From Deltaproteobacteria bacterium (GTDB lineage Bacteria; CG2-30-53-67): DNA of 50,004 bases. Positions 35,965 to 45,322 of the stretch are shown piece by piece (the first letter of the stretch is position 1; each line of letters begins with the position of its first letter). Where the stretch lies: positions 1 to 50,004 of the forward strand of contig JAADIO010000040.1 in the NCBI GenBank assembly GCA_013151235.1, read 5' to 3'. The notes below the pieces were generated by a model that was given only the letters and a program-made list of their open reading frames with translations, had not been told where the DNA came from and searched no databases. A program made the translations under genes and the position numbers.

Positions 35965-38785
35965 AGACCCCTTCCTTTGCTCTAACTCTCTCCATTTCTT
36001 TTCCGGCCACCACGGGAATGGAGACAGTGAAGGTCGTCCCTTTCCCGACCTCACTCGTAACATCGATCTCCCCACCGTGTTTCTTCACGATATCGTAGCA
36101 GATGGAAAGACCAAGCCCCGTCCCTTTCCCAACCTCCTTGGTCGTAAAGAAAGGCTCGAAAATCCGCTTGAGCTTGTCCTGCGGGATCCCCGACCCGGTG
36201 TCGGAGATTTTCACCCGGATCATTCCTGCATCCGATTCAGTCCGGATCGTGATCCGCCCCTGCTTCTCGATTGACTGGGCGGCATTGACAAGAAGGTTCA
36301 TGAAGACCTGGTTCAACTCTTGGGGATGACACTGGGTCCGCGGGATCTCACCATATTCCTTGGTGACCGTACATTTGTATTTCAGCTCGTTCCATACGAT
36401 ATTGAGGGTGCTTTCGAGACAGTCATGGAGATCGGCCATCTTACATTCGGCCTGGTCCACCCGGGAAAAGCTCTTCAGATTCTGGACGATCTTCTTGACC
36501 CGCTCCGCCCCCTCCAGCGACTCTTCGATCAGCTCGGGAATATCTTCCAGCACATAATCGAGTTTCAGCTTCTTCCACATCTCGTCGATTTCCGTGAGAA
36601 CATCGGGCAAAGCCGCTTCCTTCAGAAAGGCCGACTGTGCCTCGATGAACTCGCTGAGCTTACCCACATATTTCTCGAGGGTCCCGAGGTTGCTCGTAAT
36701 GAACCCCATGGGATTATTGATCTCATGGGCCACCCCTGCGGCCAACTGACCGATAGAGGCCATCTTCTCGCTCTGGAGGATCTGCGACTGGGTCGATTTG
36801 AGGTCGGCATAGGCCTGCTCCAACTCCCGGTTCTTCACCTGCAGAATATGCATCATATTGTTAAAGTTCTCCCCGATCCGGTAGATCGGATCGTCGGTGG
36901 CCACCTGGTACACGGCACACTCCTCACAATTTTTAATCTTCTTCGCGAACTCTCCCTGGGCCTCCCCCCCGCAAAAGGTTCCGGCAACCTGCCAGCACCG
37001 GTTCGCATCCTTTCCGTAACAGGGACAATTCTTTTGCGTGCAGTTCTTCACCTCGTGACACCGGACCATGTGAGGATTGGAAAATCTTGTATTGAAATTT
37101 TTCTCCCGGATCACCCCATGAATCAGGGCGGAGAGCTGATCAAGGGCACTCTGCAATTCCGTTCGTTCCTTTTCGACCCGGCGGTTGATCTCCTCCAGCT
37201 CATCGGCCATGTATTTCAGCTCCGTCGAATTGTGGATGGTAATCACCGTCCCGGAGAGGCCGGATTCGGGGTCCTTGTAGGGAGAGGAATTCAGGACAAA
37301 CCACTGTTTTGTGGGGAGGTGAAAAAATTCCATCCCCCCCTCGCCGAAGACCGTCCCCACGCGGATATCCGTGTTCGTGAGGAACCGGTTCCAGCCTGCA
37401 CCGTCCAGTTCCTCTCCCGAAAGACCGGTGAAAAGACGGAAAGCCCGGTTATAACGTCGGACCTTCTCTTCCCCGTCGATGAGAATAATCATCTCACCGA
37501 GGGCATCCATAGTGACCTCCCACTCCCGGCGGCTCCCCTCCACCATCCGGTACATCTCCTGTAGTTCGAGATGCTTCTCTAACAGTTCCTGTTCCGTCTG
37601 TTTCCGCTCCGTGATATCCCGGGAGACATGAACGATCCGGACGATTTTTCCCTCCTCGTCCCGGATGGGAGAGGCAGCGACCTCCACGGTTCGGCCTTGC
37701 TCTCCCTCGCCGTGAGTGTGCTCGAAGACAACATGCTCCCCCGTTTTCATCACTTCTCTCAGGGGACACTCCTTGTGAAAGGCCGTGCAAGGCTCCGATG
37801 TTCCATGGGTCACAAGATGGCAGGGTTTCCCGATCACATCTTCCTCGGTCCGCCCCGACTCCTGCAGAAAGACCCGGTTGACTCCGACAATCGTATAATC
37901 CGCCGGGTCGATGATGGAGATCGCATCGGGAACACTGTTGAGAACGGTCCGGGCGAACTCCCCCGACTCCCGAAGGGCATCACGGAAGAGTTTCAAATCG
38001 GAGGCCATCCGGTTGAAGGTCTCCCCGAGGAGTCCGATCTCATCCCGGCCCCGCACCTCCACCCGGACGTCCAGCTCTCCCCTCCCAATCTGGAGCGCCG
38101 CCATCCGTAGTTCCTCGATGGGACGCGAGATCCGTTTTGCAATCGTTCTTCCCGCGCTCAAGACGACCAAGAAAAGGAAAAGGCAGCAGATCAGAACAAC
38201 GTAGAAGTAACGCGCTGCCCTCAACTCCATCTCCCGCTTCTGCTGAAGAAACTCCCCCTGATGACGGGCAATCGCTGCATCTACAGCGGCGAGAAATTTC
38301 TGCTCCGCCTCCTCGGAGTCTTTTTTTGCCTTCAGGATTACCTCTGCCGGGCTTTCTTTCGTGACCAGGGAGGCATATTCGGCATTGACCTGGATCAGTT
38401 TTTCCCCGGAGGATTGGATCTCCTGAAAAATCGGCCGTTCATGCCGGTGCCACAACCCCACGTAATTGTCATACCGTTGGAGGGCCGCGCGGAAGGGTGC
38501 AATCCCTTGATCGAAGACACGCTTCTCCTCATCCAGAGCACTGCCGGGCCTTGCAGCGTTTTTCGGTTGCTCCAGTTGGATCACCACCGCTTCGTTCGTC
38601 GAAGTCACAATACGAAGGCCGGCAACCTTCAGATCGGCAAGTGTTTCATTAATCTGCAGATTCCGTTCAGCGGCCTGCCGATAATTCCCATGTATGGAGG
38701 AGTTATAACGAAAACCGACAAGGACAAGCAGGAGAGCCAGCAGAACCACCCCATAACCGAGCCATATCTTGTTGACCAATCTCAT
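35957..38785 (-). CDS. membrane sensor histidine kinase (2TM-HAMP-PAS-PAS-Cys-rich two-CW-like domain-HisKA-HATPase)
   Basis: DEIGLLGETFNRM, RDITERKQ, GVAHEINNP, QVFMNLLVNA, DTGSGI, FFTTK, GTGLGL; 8-Cys insert. Confidence 0.92.
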   Translation of the reverse strand: MRLVNKIWLGYGVVLLALLLVLVGFRYNSSIHGNYRQAAERNLQINETLADLKVAGLRIVTSTNEAVVIQLEQPKNAARPGSALDEEKRVFDQGIAPFRAALQRYDNYVGLWHRHERPIFQEIQSSGEKLIQVNAEYASLVTKESPAEVILKAKKDSEEAEQKFLAAVDAAIARHQGEFLQQKREMELRAARYFYVVLICCLFLFLVVLSAGRTIAKRISRPIEELRMAALQIGRGELDVRVEVRGRDEIGLLGETFNRMASDLKLFRDALRESGEFARTVLNSVPDAISIIDPADYTIVGVNRVFLQESGRTEEDVIGKPCHLVTHGTSEPCTAFHKECPLREVMKTGEHVVFEHTHGEGEQGRTVEVAASPIRDEEGKIVRIVHVSRDITERKQTEQELLEKHLELQEMYRMVEGSRREWEVTMDALGEMIILIDGEEKVRRYNRAFRLFTGLSGEELDGAGWNRFLTNTDIRVGTVFGEGGMEFFHLPTKQWFVLNSSPYKDPESGLSGTVITIHNSTELKYMADELEEINRRVEKERTELQSALDQLSALIHGVIREKNFNTRFSNPHMVRCHEVKNCTQKNCPCYGKDANRCWQVAGTFCGGEAQGEFAKKIKNCEECAVYQVATDDPIYRIGENFNNMMHILQVKNRELEQAYADLKSTQSQILQSEKMASIGQLAAGVAHEINNPMGFITSNLGTLEKYVGKLSEFIEAQSAFLKEAALPDVLTEIDEMWKKLKLDYVLEDIPELIEESLEGAERVKKIVQNLKSFSRVDQAECKMADLHDCLESTLNIVWNELKYKCTVTKEYGEIPRTQCHPQELNQVFMNLLVNAAQSIEKQGRITIRTESDAGMIRVKISDTGSGIPQDKLKRIFEPFFTTKEVGKGTGLGLSICYDIVKKHGGEIDVTSEVGKGTTFTVSIPVVAGKEMERVRAKEGVYG

Positions 38786-39015
38786 TGCTGCTCCTCACTA
38801 TGGACCGTTCCGATTTTATTGCAGGGATGATGCAAAATAATTACTTTTGTATCTTTCTTATCGGTCACTCAGAGAGAAACATTAGGAGAAAAGCTCTGTG
38901 CCTTTGACCCTTTACACCGATGTTTCTCCCATTCCCCCCGGACCTGAAATTTGCCTTGTGGGACAAGCCTCTTTCAGGATAAAATGACGAAAATTCAGTC
39001 CACGGATGAAGGAGA

Positions 39016-40002
39016 ATGGTCTTGCATCCCTTCCACATCGTCACCTTCAATTCTCATCAGCCCTATCTCCATCTCTTTCATTCCATGCCCGTAAAGATGG
39101 ATATCATACAGCTCGGCGATCATCACCGCTTCCTGCAGGAATGGAGTGAAACGGTCCGGCCTCTGCCAAAAGGATGGGAACTAATTGACCGAAAAGAGGC
39201 AGGAAGAAGGATCAACGCCGGGCAGTATGATCTTGCTCTTGCCCACAACATCAGCGACTATATCGACTTCAACCACCACCGGATCGCTAAAATCCTTCTG
39301 ATCCATGTCTCTCTGACCGGGAGGATGCGAGAAGAAAAAAGCGGTATCAACCGGAACGATTATCTCTCGGATCTCAGGAAACTCATCTCCTCCACCGGGG
39401 GCAAACTGGTCTATATCTCGGAGGCCAAGAGACGAGACTGGGGACTTGACGGCGATGTGATCCCGCACGGGATCGACCTTGCCGATTACCCGGATTTCCG
39501 CGGGGATCAGCCGAGGATTCTCCGGGTCGCCAACAACCTGATCGAACGGGCGGAGATCCTCGATTATGACGCGCACAGGTTCCTGACGGCCGGTTTCCCC
39601 TCGACCCTGATCGGGGACAATCCGAAAATCCAGAACGCCCGCCGATCGGAAAGTTGGAACGACCTGAAACAGCTCTACGCCACACACCGTCTCTATCTTC
39701 ATACGGCCGTTCCCGGCTGCGAGGACGGGTTCAACCTGGCCATGCTCGAAGCGATGGCAACGGGAATGCCGGTCGTCTCCACGGCCCATCCCACATCCCC
39801 GATCCAAAACGGGGTGAACGGATTCATCTCCGACGATCTTGAATACCTGCGGCGGAAAATCGACTTGCTTCTCTCCGACCGGGAACCGGCGATACGGATG
39901 GGTCGGAAGGCGCGCAAGACGGTCGAACGTGAGTTTTCCATCCGGGTTTTCAGGGAAAGATGGGAAAAGATCTTCCGGGAAGCGGCGGGAAGAGGTCTGT
40001 AA
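39016..40002 (+). CDS. GT4-family glycosyltransferase
   Basis: VIPHGIDL, GFNLAMLEAMATGMPVV, NGVNGF, FS...F...W. True start may be TTG 39022. Confidence 0.85.
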   Translation: MVLHPFHIVTFNSHQPYLHLFHSMPVKMDIIQLGDHHRFLQEWSETVRPLPKGWELIDRKEAGRRINAGQYDLALAHNISDYIDFNHHRIAKILLIHVSLTGRMREEKSGINRNDYLSDLRKLISSTGGKLVYISEAKRRDWGLDGDVIPHGIDLADYPDFRGDQPRILRVANNLIERAEILDYDAHRFLTAGFPSTLIGDNPKIQNARRSESWNDLKQLYATHRLYLHTAVPGCEDGFNLAMLEAMATGMPVVSTAHPTSPIQNGVNGFISDDLEYLRRKIDLLLSDREPAIRMGRKARKTVEREFSIRVFRERWEKIFREAAGRGL

Positions 40003-40017
40003 TGAAGGATAAAGATT

Positions 40018-41631
40018 TTAAAACATCTTTTTCAGATCTTCTGCGGAACGCTGTTCCATCTCGTCCAGCATCGGAAGCATCTCCCGAACCAGGAGTTCCT
40101 GCAGGAGAGTGATGTCCATACGCTCCATGACCTGGCCGAGCCGATTTAAGAGTGGGAGAAGTCCGGAGGGAAGTTCCGCAATCCCGATCCTGCCTATAAC
40201 CCCGCTCATAAGATCAAAGACCGGCAGAATCGCCTGGAACCCGCCCCCCTTATCCCCCCCGGAGAACGCATCCACGGCGGCGGAAACGGAACTGCGGATC
40301 TGTTCCAGGGTATCGAACACCTCGACACTCTCCAACGCAGGCTTCGGATGAGAGGTTTCCCGATCGAGCGTGGGGGGCTTCGCCGAAACCGGAAGCGGGG
40401 GAACCTCCACCCGCAGATCGCAGAGTTTGAGCGGCGGGGTGACCGGAGCCCTGCCTGTATAGAGGAGACGAACGGACCGGAAGATCGGGTCCTGCCGGAG
40501 ACGGCGGACCTCTTCGTCTTCTCCCGCGGCAAGCGCGTGGGCCAGGTCGATTCCCCGGGCCATCACCTCCGGCCGTAGGACCCCTCGGCAAGCCATTTCA
40601 TGAGGACAGTCATCGGGATCGTCACAGGGGGCGCAGGCTAGATCGGAATAGAGGATCAGGTGCCCCAGGCCGTAGGGCGCCGTCTCGTACGGGTAGGTCA
40701 TCCCGTAGGATGCCGACAGGGTCGGCGTTCCGACAGCGGCGGCCACGTGGACCGTGCCGGTGTCACCTGTGACCAGAAGATTGCAGAACGAAAGAAAACC
40801 GCCTAACTCCTCGAGGGTCGTCTCCCCCATGAGATTCAGGACGGAATCAGCGCCGGGACCCAGCCTGCGCAGGAGCGTATCGCCGGCAGGTCTTTCTTCC
40901 CCGGTTCCGAAAAGAAGAACCGCCCCTTCCTTCCGCTCAACAAGGTAATCGACGACGACGGCAAGGGAATCATTTTCTACTTTCTTGAAGGAACGGGAGG
41001 CCCCCGGCTGGATTCCGTAGAGCGGTCGCTCCGGCGGAATGCCCCGATCCATAAGCCGCTTGCGGCAGGCAGTCCTCACTTCCGGGGAGACGGAAAAAAT
41101 CAACCGACGCTCCGAGGGAGAAACCCCGGCCACCTCGCAGGAGAGATCGACGAGATTCACCAGCGCCGGGTTGCGCCCGAACGCCATGGTGTCGGCGACA
41201 ACCCGCTTCGTCACGGCATCGGCATACCGGATATTCCCCTGCCCGTCCATGACCTTTCCCCGAAGCGCCGCAGGCGCAATGAGGGAGGTGAGATACGCCT
41301 CGAAATCGGTGAACTGCCGGTTGATCACCAGGTCGAACCGCTCCCTGCGAAGTCTCCGCACAAGATCCCGAATCTCCCGGTAGCCCCCCCAGTCGATCTT
41401 TTCCCCCGATCGGAACCGGTCAATCCAGGCAACTCTCGGAAAGGGGATGACGGTATCAACATCGGGATTCCCCTTCAGGGCCTCAGCGAACCCTTCCGCC
41501 ACGAGGACGGAAATCGATGCGCCGGGATAGCGCTCCCGCAGTCCCCGGATCATGGGAGTAACCTGAAGGATATCACCCATACGATGGGTTCGTATGACGA
41601 GGATCTTTCGCGGATCGATTCCCGCACCCAT
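40018..41631 (-). CDS. GT9-family (heptosyltransferase-like) protein with C-terminal helical domain
   Basis: RMGDILQVTP, QPGAS, TGDTGTVHVAAAVG, ETAPYG, CAPC..C...C. Confidence 0.85.
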   Translation of the reverse strand: MGAGIDPRKILVIRTHRMGDILQVTPMIRGLRERYPGASISVLVAEGFAEALKGNPDVDTVIPFPRVAWIDRFRSGEKIDWGGYREIRDLVRRLRRERFDLVINRQFTDFEAYLTSLIAPAALRGKVMDGQGNIRYADAVTKRVVADTMAFGRNPALVNLVDLSCEVAGVSPSERRLIFSVSPEVRTACRKRLMDRGIPPERPLYGIQPGASRSFKKVENDSLAVVVDYLVERKEGAVLLFGTGEERPAGDTLLRRLGPGADSVLNLMGETTLEELGGFLSFCNLLVTGDTGTVHVAAAVGTPTLSASYGMTYPYETAPYGLGHLILYSDLACAPCDDPDDCPHEMACRGVLRPEVMARGIDLAHALAAGEDEEVRRLRQDPIFRSVRLLYTGRAPVTPPLKLCDLRVEVPPLPVSAKPPTLDRETSHPKPALESVEVFDTLEQIRSSVSAAVDAFSGGDKGGGFQAILPVFDLMSGVIGRIGIAELPSGLLPLLNRLGQVMERMDITLLQELLVREMLPMLDEMEQRSAEDLKKMF

Positions 41632-41633
41632 GT

Positions 41634-42368
41634 TCAACCCTCCCGCCGCAGAAGTTCCATGAGATGAAAGACCTCCCGCATCTCACCGGCCTGCCCGGCC
41701 GCAGGCGGGAAGATCCTGCGGGCCTCGTCGTAACCGACCGAAAGCACATCTTCGACCGGATAGAGACAGGCATCCAGTTCCGGATCGTTGAAACGGCAGT
41801 CGGACAAATCCCGAAGGTTTTTCAACTTTCTTTCAACGACACGATAAGCCTCGGGGGCCGTCTCCAGAGAAGGAAGGTGGCGGTGAATCACCATCCCGGC
41901 CATGGTCTCCGGCCGATAACGGTTCATGAGAGATTCAACAACCTTTCCTGCAGGGTCTCCCACAAACAGGAGCGTTTCCTTTCGTTCCAGGACCGGCGAT
42001 ACGGGCGAGAGGCGAAGGGCCGCCGTGAAGACGGCGGGGGCTTCTTCCACGACAACGATCGGCACATCTTCCCCGATCCGCCGCAGTGCCGCCGTGATGT
42101 GATAGAAAAGTGCGCCGCCCAGAAAGACAACCATGGCCGCTTCGGAGGGGATCGTTCCGGCCATCCGTTCCCCTTCGTCGATCGGGTCCCCGGGGCTGTG
42201 AAGGAAGACCTCCCCCCCCCGTGGTGTAGACCGCCGGAGGGTCCAGTGGCCGCTCTTCGCCTGTACCGGAACGGGAAGCGCCGGATCGCTCGGGTCAGAG
42301 ATTCGCTCTTCCAATTCTGGAAAATGCTCTTTCAGGAGCATCAGGTTTCGGGAAAAACGATGGTTCAC
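41634..42368 (-). CDS. Maf (motility-associated factor) N-terminal-domain-like protein lacking the DUF115 catalytic domain
   Basis: F..N...L....PEL, AKSG..TL, FLHS..DP..E, VVFLG....YH, IVVVE....F..AL; coupled to the GT9 gene. Confidence 0.6.
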   Translation of the reverse strand: MNHRFSRNLMLLKEHFPELEERISDPSDPALPVPVQAKSGHWTLRRSTPRGGEVFLHSPGDPIDEGERMAGTIPSEAAMVVFLGGALFYHITAALRRIGEDVPIVVVEEAPAVFTAALRLSPVSPVLERKETLLFVGDPAGKVVESLMNRYRPETMAGMVIHRHLPSLETAPEAYRVVERKLKNLRDLSDCRFNDPELDACLYPVEDVLSVGYDEARRIFPPAAGQAGEMREVFHLMELLRREG

Positions 42369-42443
42369 AGTCCACCCTGAGATCAACAATTTATTGAATT
42401 ATTAAAGACATCTACGATAACTGCGTATTTTTACTATGGTTCC

Positions 42444-42473
42444 ATCATATCAAACCGTTTCAAAAACTGTCAA
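42444..42473 (-). promoter_or_regulatory. sigma70 promoter for the Maf-like/GT9 pair
   Basis: Minus strand TTGACA-18 nt-TATGAT with TG extension. Confidence 0.6.
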
Positions 42474-42516
42474 TTTATTTGAATCCGTTTTCTCCCTGAT
42501 TTTTTTCAATCCATCC

Positions 42517-42543
42517 TCAAGTTTTTCCGGAAAATGACGATAG
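42517..42543 (+). promoter_or_regulatory. sigma28 promoter
   Basis: TCAA-15 nt-GACGATAG, 40 nt upstream of the 42583 ORF. Confidence 0.6.
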
Positions 42544-42582
42544 TATATACAGGTTCTCTCTGCAAACCCGTGAGGTCTCTCT

Positions 42583-42780
42583 ATGAACATCCTGCCTTAC
42601 CAAATTCATAATATCCTGAAGATCTATCGGGAACCTGCAGCAAGGACGGTGTCGAACGATCAGCCCCCCTCATCCGGCGGAGAGACGCTGGAACCGGACC
42701 GGGTAGAGATCTCCGGAGAAGGAAGAAAAGAACAGATCAAGCGGGAGATCGTGGCCGAGATCATCAGGAAAATCCGCTAA
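42583..42780 (+). CDS. small DVU0524-like (FlgM-associated) protein
   Basis: PYQIHNIL..Y and DRVEISGEG...I...I motifs; GAGG RBS; sigma28-like promoter. Confidence 0.6.
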   Translation: MNILPYQIHNILKIYREPAARTVSNDQPPSSGGETLEPDRVEISGEGRKEQIKREIVAEIIRKIR

Positions 42781-42809
42781 CCCGACGGACCGCCCCGAAA
42801 GGACCCTTT

Positions 42810-43526
42810 ATGAAGGGGATGAAAAGCCGAGTCAAACTGCTCATCGTGGACGACGAAAAGGCCTCCCGGGACGTGCTGGTGGGACTGCTCGCCAATGAAG
42901 AAAGAGCCATCACCACCGCCAGGAACGGTCTGGAGGCGAAAGAGCTCCTGGACCGGGATTCTTTCGACATGATCCTGACCGATCTCAACATGCCGGGAAT
43001 GGACGGGATGGAACTTCTCCGTGATGTACAACGGAAAGAGAATCCCCCTCTGGTGATCATGATTACCGGCTATGCCTCCCTGGAGAACACACTAAAGGCC
43101 ATTGAAGAAGGCGCCTACGATTATATCACGAAGCCCTTCAAGTTGGCGGAGATGGAGGTCCTCGTCCGGAACGCCTGTGAAAAGATCCTCCTGACCCGGG
43201 AGAAAGAGGCGCTGGCGCAAAAGATCCGGGAAAACCGGGAAGAGATCAAGGATCTGACGAAACGGGTAACAACGCTCACAAACCGAATCCGCCAAGTGAA
43301 AGAACGGGAAGAAACCCTCTTCCTCGGGAACTTTGATCTCAAACTCCCGCTTGCCCGGAAAGCCCTGCCGGTCGTATATGCACAGGGAGAACGGAAACAG
43401 AGCTACCGGGAACGGGTCATCACACAGTTGAAGAAGATGTTGGAATCCGGGGAAATGAGCGAAGACGAGGCCCGGAAGTACTGGGCCAGATTCAATCGGA
43501 CAGGGTCTCCCCAGGATCCTTCGTAG
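42810..43526 (+). CDS. response regulator (REC + coiled coil)
   Basis: LLIVDDE, TDLNMPGMDG, MITGY, GAYDYITKPF. Confidence 0.88.
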   Translation: MKGMKSRVKLLIVDDEKASRDVLVGLLANEERAITTARNGLEAKELLDRDSFDMILTDLNMPGMDGMELLRDVQRKENPPLVIMITGYASLENTLKAIEEGAYDYITKPFKLAEMEVLVRNACEKILLTREKEALAQKIRENREEIKDLTKRVTTLTNRIRQVKEREETLFLGNFDLKLPLARKALPVVYAQGERKQSYRERVITQLKKMLESGEMSEDEARKYWARFNRTGSPQDPS

Positions 43527-43578
43527 CCCTGTTCGCACAACGTTTCAAACGGAACCGAACCAGCCCATTGAGAAAACA

Positions 43579-45135
43579 ATGCCGAAGAACAAAAAAATAC
43601 TGATCGCCGACGACGACCGTGAAAATCTCTCCGTGCTGGAACGATTCCTCTTCCACTCCGGTTTCAAAGCCGACCTTGCGGAAAACGGTGCGGAGGCATT
43701 TGAACGGTTCCGCCGAAATGACTATGCCATGATCTTCTCCGACATCAACATGCCCGGAATGACCGGGATCGAACTCCTCCGGAAGATCCGGGCGGAAGAC
43801 GACAATACGCCGGTGATCATGATCACCGGATTCCCGACCATCACCCTGGCCGTCGATGCGATCAAACAGGGGGCCGATGATTTCATCACCAAACCGGTCA
43901 GTCTGGTGCATATCGAGCACATCATCCGGCGGATCGAAAAGGAGGAGAACCTCCGACTGGAAAACCGTCGCCTGAACCGGAAACTTCAGAACAAGCAGGA
44001 AATCGAGGAGCTGAACCGGAAACTCGAGTTGAAGGTGGAGGAACTCTCCATCATGTATTCCATCAGCGAGATCGCCCATCACTCCGACGACATGGAAACC
44101 CTCTTTGACAAGCTCGTGGAAATGACGAAAGTCATCACAAAGGCACGGGAGATTTCCATCCTGCTCCTCGACCGGGATACAAACCGACTCATTCCGAAAC
44201 GGGTTCACGGAATGGAGACCAATGTGCCGGAAATCCCCATCGGGGAAGGCCTGGTCGGCCGGGTGGCCCAGGACAAAAGATCTCTCGTCGTCCCCGCGGA
44301 TCTGCTGGAAACGGTCGCCATCCCCCATGCTTCAAGAGGCCCTTTTCTTTCTCTACCGATGATGGTGAAAAACGAACTCTTCGGGGTCCTCAACATCTCC
44401 AAGCCGAGATCGGGAAGCGCCTTCACCGACAAGGAACTTCATCTTCTCCAGAGCATGATCACGAAATGCGTCCTGGCGCTGGAAAACCATGCCCTTTATG
44501 AAAGCCTCTATGACAACCTGATCGATACCCTCCGTTCCCTGGTGATGGCCGTCGAGGCCAAAGATCTCTACACCAGGGACCATTCCCGCAGGGTCACCGA
44601 CTTGTCGATTCTGGTGGCCCGCTACATGGGACGCCCCCGTTCGGAGATGGAGACGCTCCGCTTTGCCGGCTTTATCCATGATATCGGGAAGATCGGGATC
44701 CAGGATACGGTCCTTCTGAAACCGGGAAGACTGAACGACAAGGAAGCTTCGATCATCAAGACCCACCCGGTGATCGGCGAAAACATCGTCAAGCCCCTGA
44801 AATTCCTCAAACTTGAGCAGGCGATTGTCCGGCACCATCATGAACGTTTCGACGGAACCGGTTATCCCGACGGATTGTCGGGAACGGAAATCCCCGTCCC
44901 GGCACGGATTCTCTCCGTTGCCGACACCTACGATGCCATCACCTCCACCCGCCCCTACCGGACTGCGCGTGGACACAACTTCGCCGTGGCCGAGATTCAG
45001 CGGTGCCGAAAGAGCCAGTTCGACCCGGAAGTCTCCGAGGCCTTTCTGGAATGCCTGCGTAAATACGGCAACCGGAAGGTCAATCCCGGAATCCGGTGGG
45101 ACATCATCCGCCAAGAAGCACGAAACGTCTCCTGA
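43579..45135 (+). CDS. REC-GAF-HD-GYP c-di-GMP phosphodiesterase
   Basis: REC; GEGLVGRVA..FT..E GAF; KDLYTRDHSRRV, HDIGK, HHERFDGTGYP, ADTYDA..RPY. Confidence 0.9.
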   Translation: MPKNKKILIADDDRENLSVLERFLFHSGFKADLAENGAEAFERFRRNDYAMIFSDINMPGMTGIELLRKIRAEDDNTPVIMITGFPTITLAVDAIKQGADDFITKPVSLVHIEHIIRRIEKEENLRLENRRLNRKLQNKQEIEELNRKLELKVEELSIMYSISEIAHHSDDMETLFDKLVEMTKVITKAREISILLLDRDTNRLIPKRVHGMETNVPEIPIGEGLVGRVAQDKRSLVVPADLLETVAIPHASRGPFLSLPMMVKNELFGVLNISKPRSGSAFTDKELHLLQSMITKCVLALENHALYESLYDNLIDTLRSLVMAVEAKDLYTRDHSRRVTDLSILVARYMGRPRSEMETLRFAGFIHDIGKIGIQDTVLLKPGRLNDKEASIIKTHPVIGENIVKPLKFLKLEQAIVRHHHERFDGTGYPDGLSGTEIPVPARILSVADTYDAITSTRPYRTARGHNFAVAEIQRCRKSQFDPEVSEAFLECLRKYGNRKVNPGIRWDIIRQEARNVS

Positions 45136-45238
45136 CCCCCCTTCCCCGACAAACCTTTGACAACCGACCGATTTCAGACGGCATCCCCGATGGACCCGGA
45201 AGAGTAGATCTTCTTTGTCTTCGATATTTTTATTTTAA

Positions 45239-45294
45239 AATCAGAGGGTTATATCATTTTAGCTCCATGGCCCCTTTTTGGCACAGACCTTGCT
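45239..45294 (+). promoter_or_regulatory. sigma54 promoter with upstream IHF-like site
   Basis: TGGCAC-AGACC-TTGCT at 45279-94; AATCAGAGGGTTA at 45239-51. Confidence 0.78.
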
Positions 45295-45322
45295 TTTTTG
45301 ATAAAACAAAGGAGAAATGTCT

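Noticed and set aside
33945-37564. Long plus-strand ORFs (398, 213, 414 aa) and similar antisense ORFs across the window
   Set aside because: These are shadow frames of well-supported genes in GC-rich DNA, with no motifs or RBS support.
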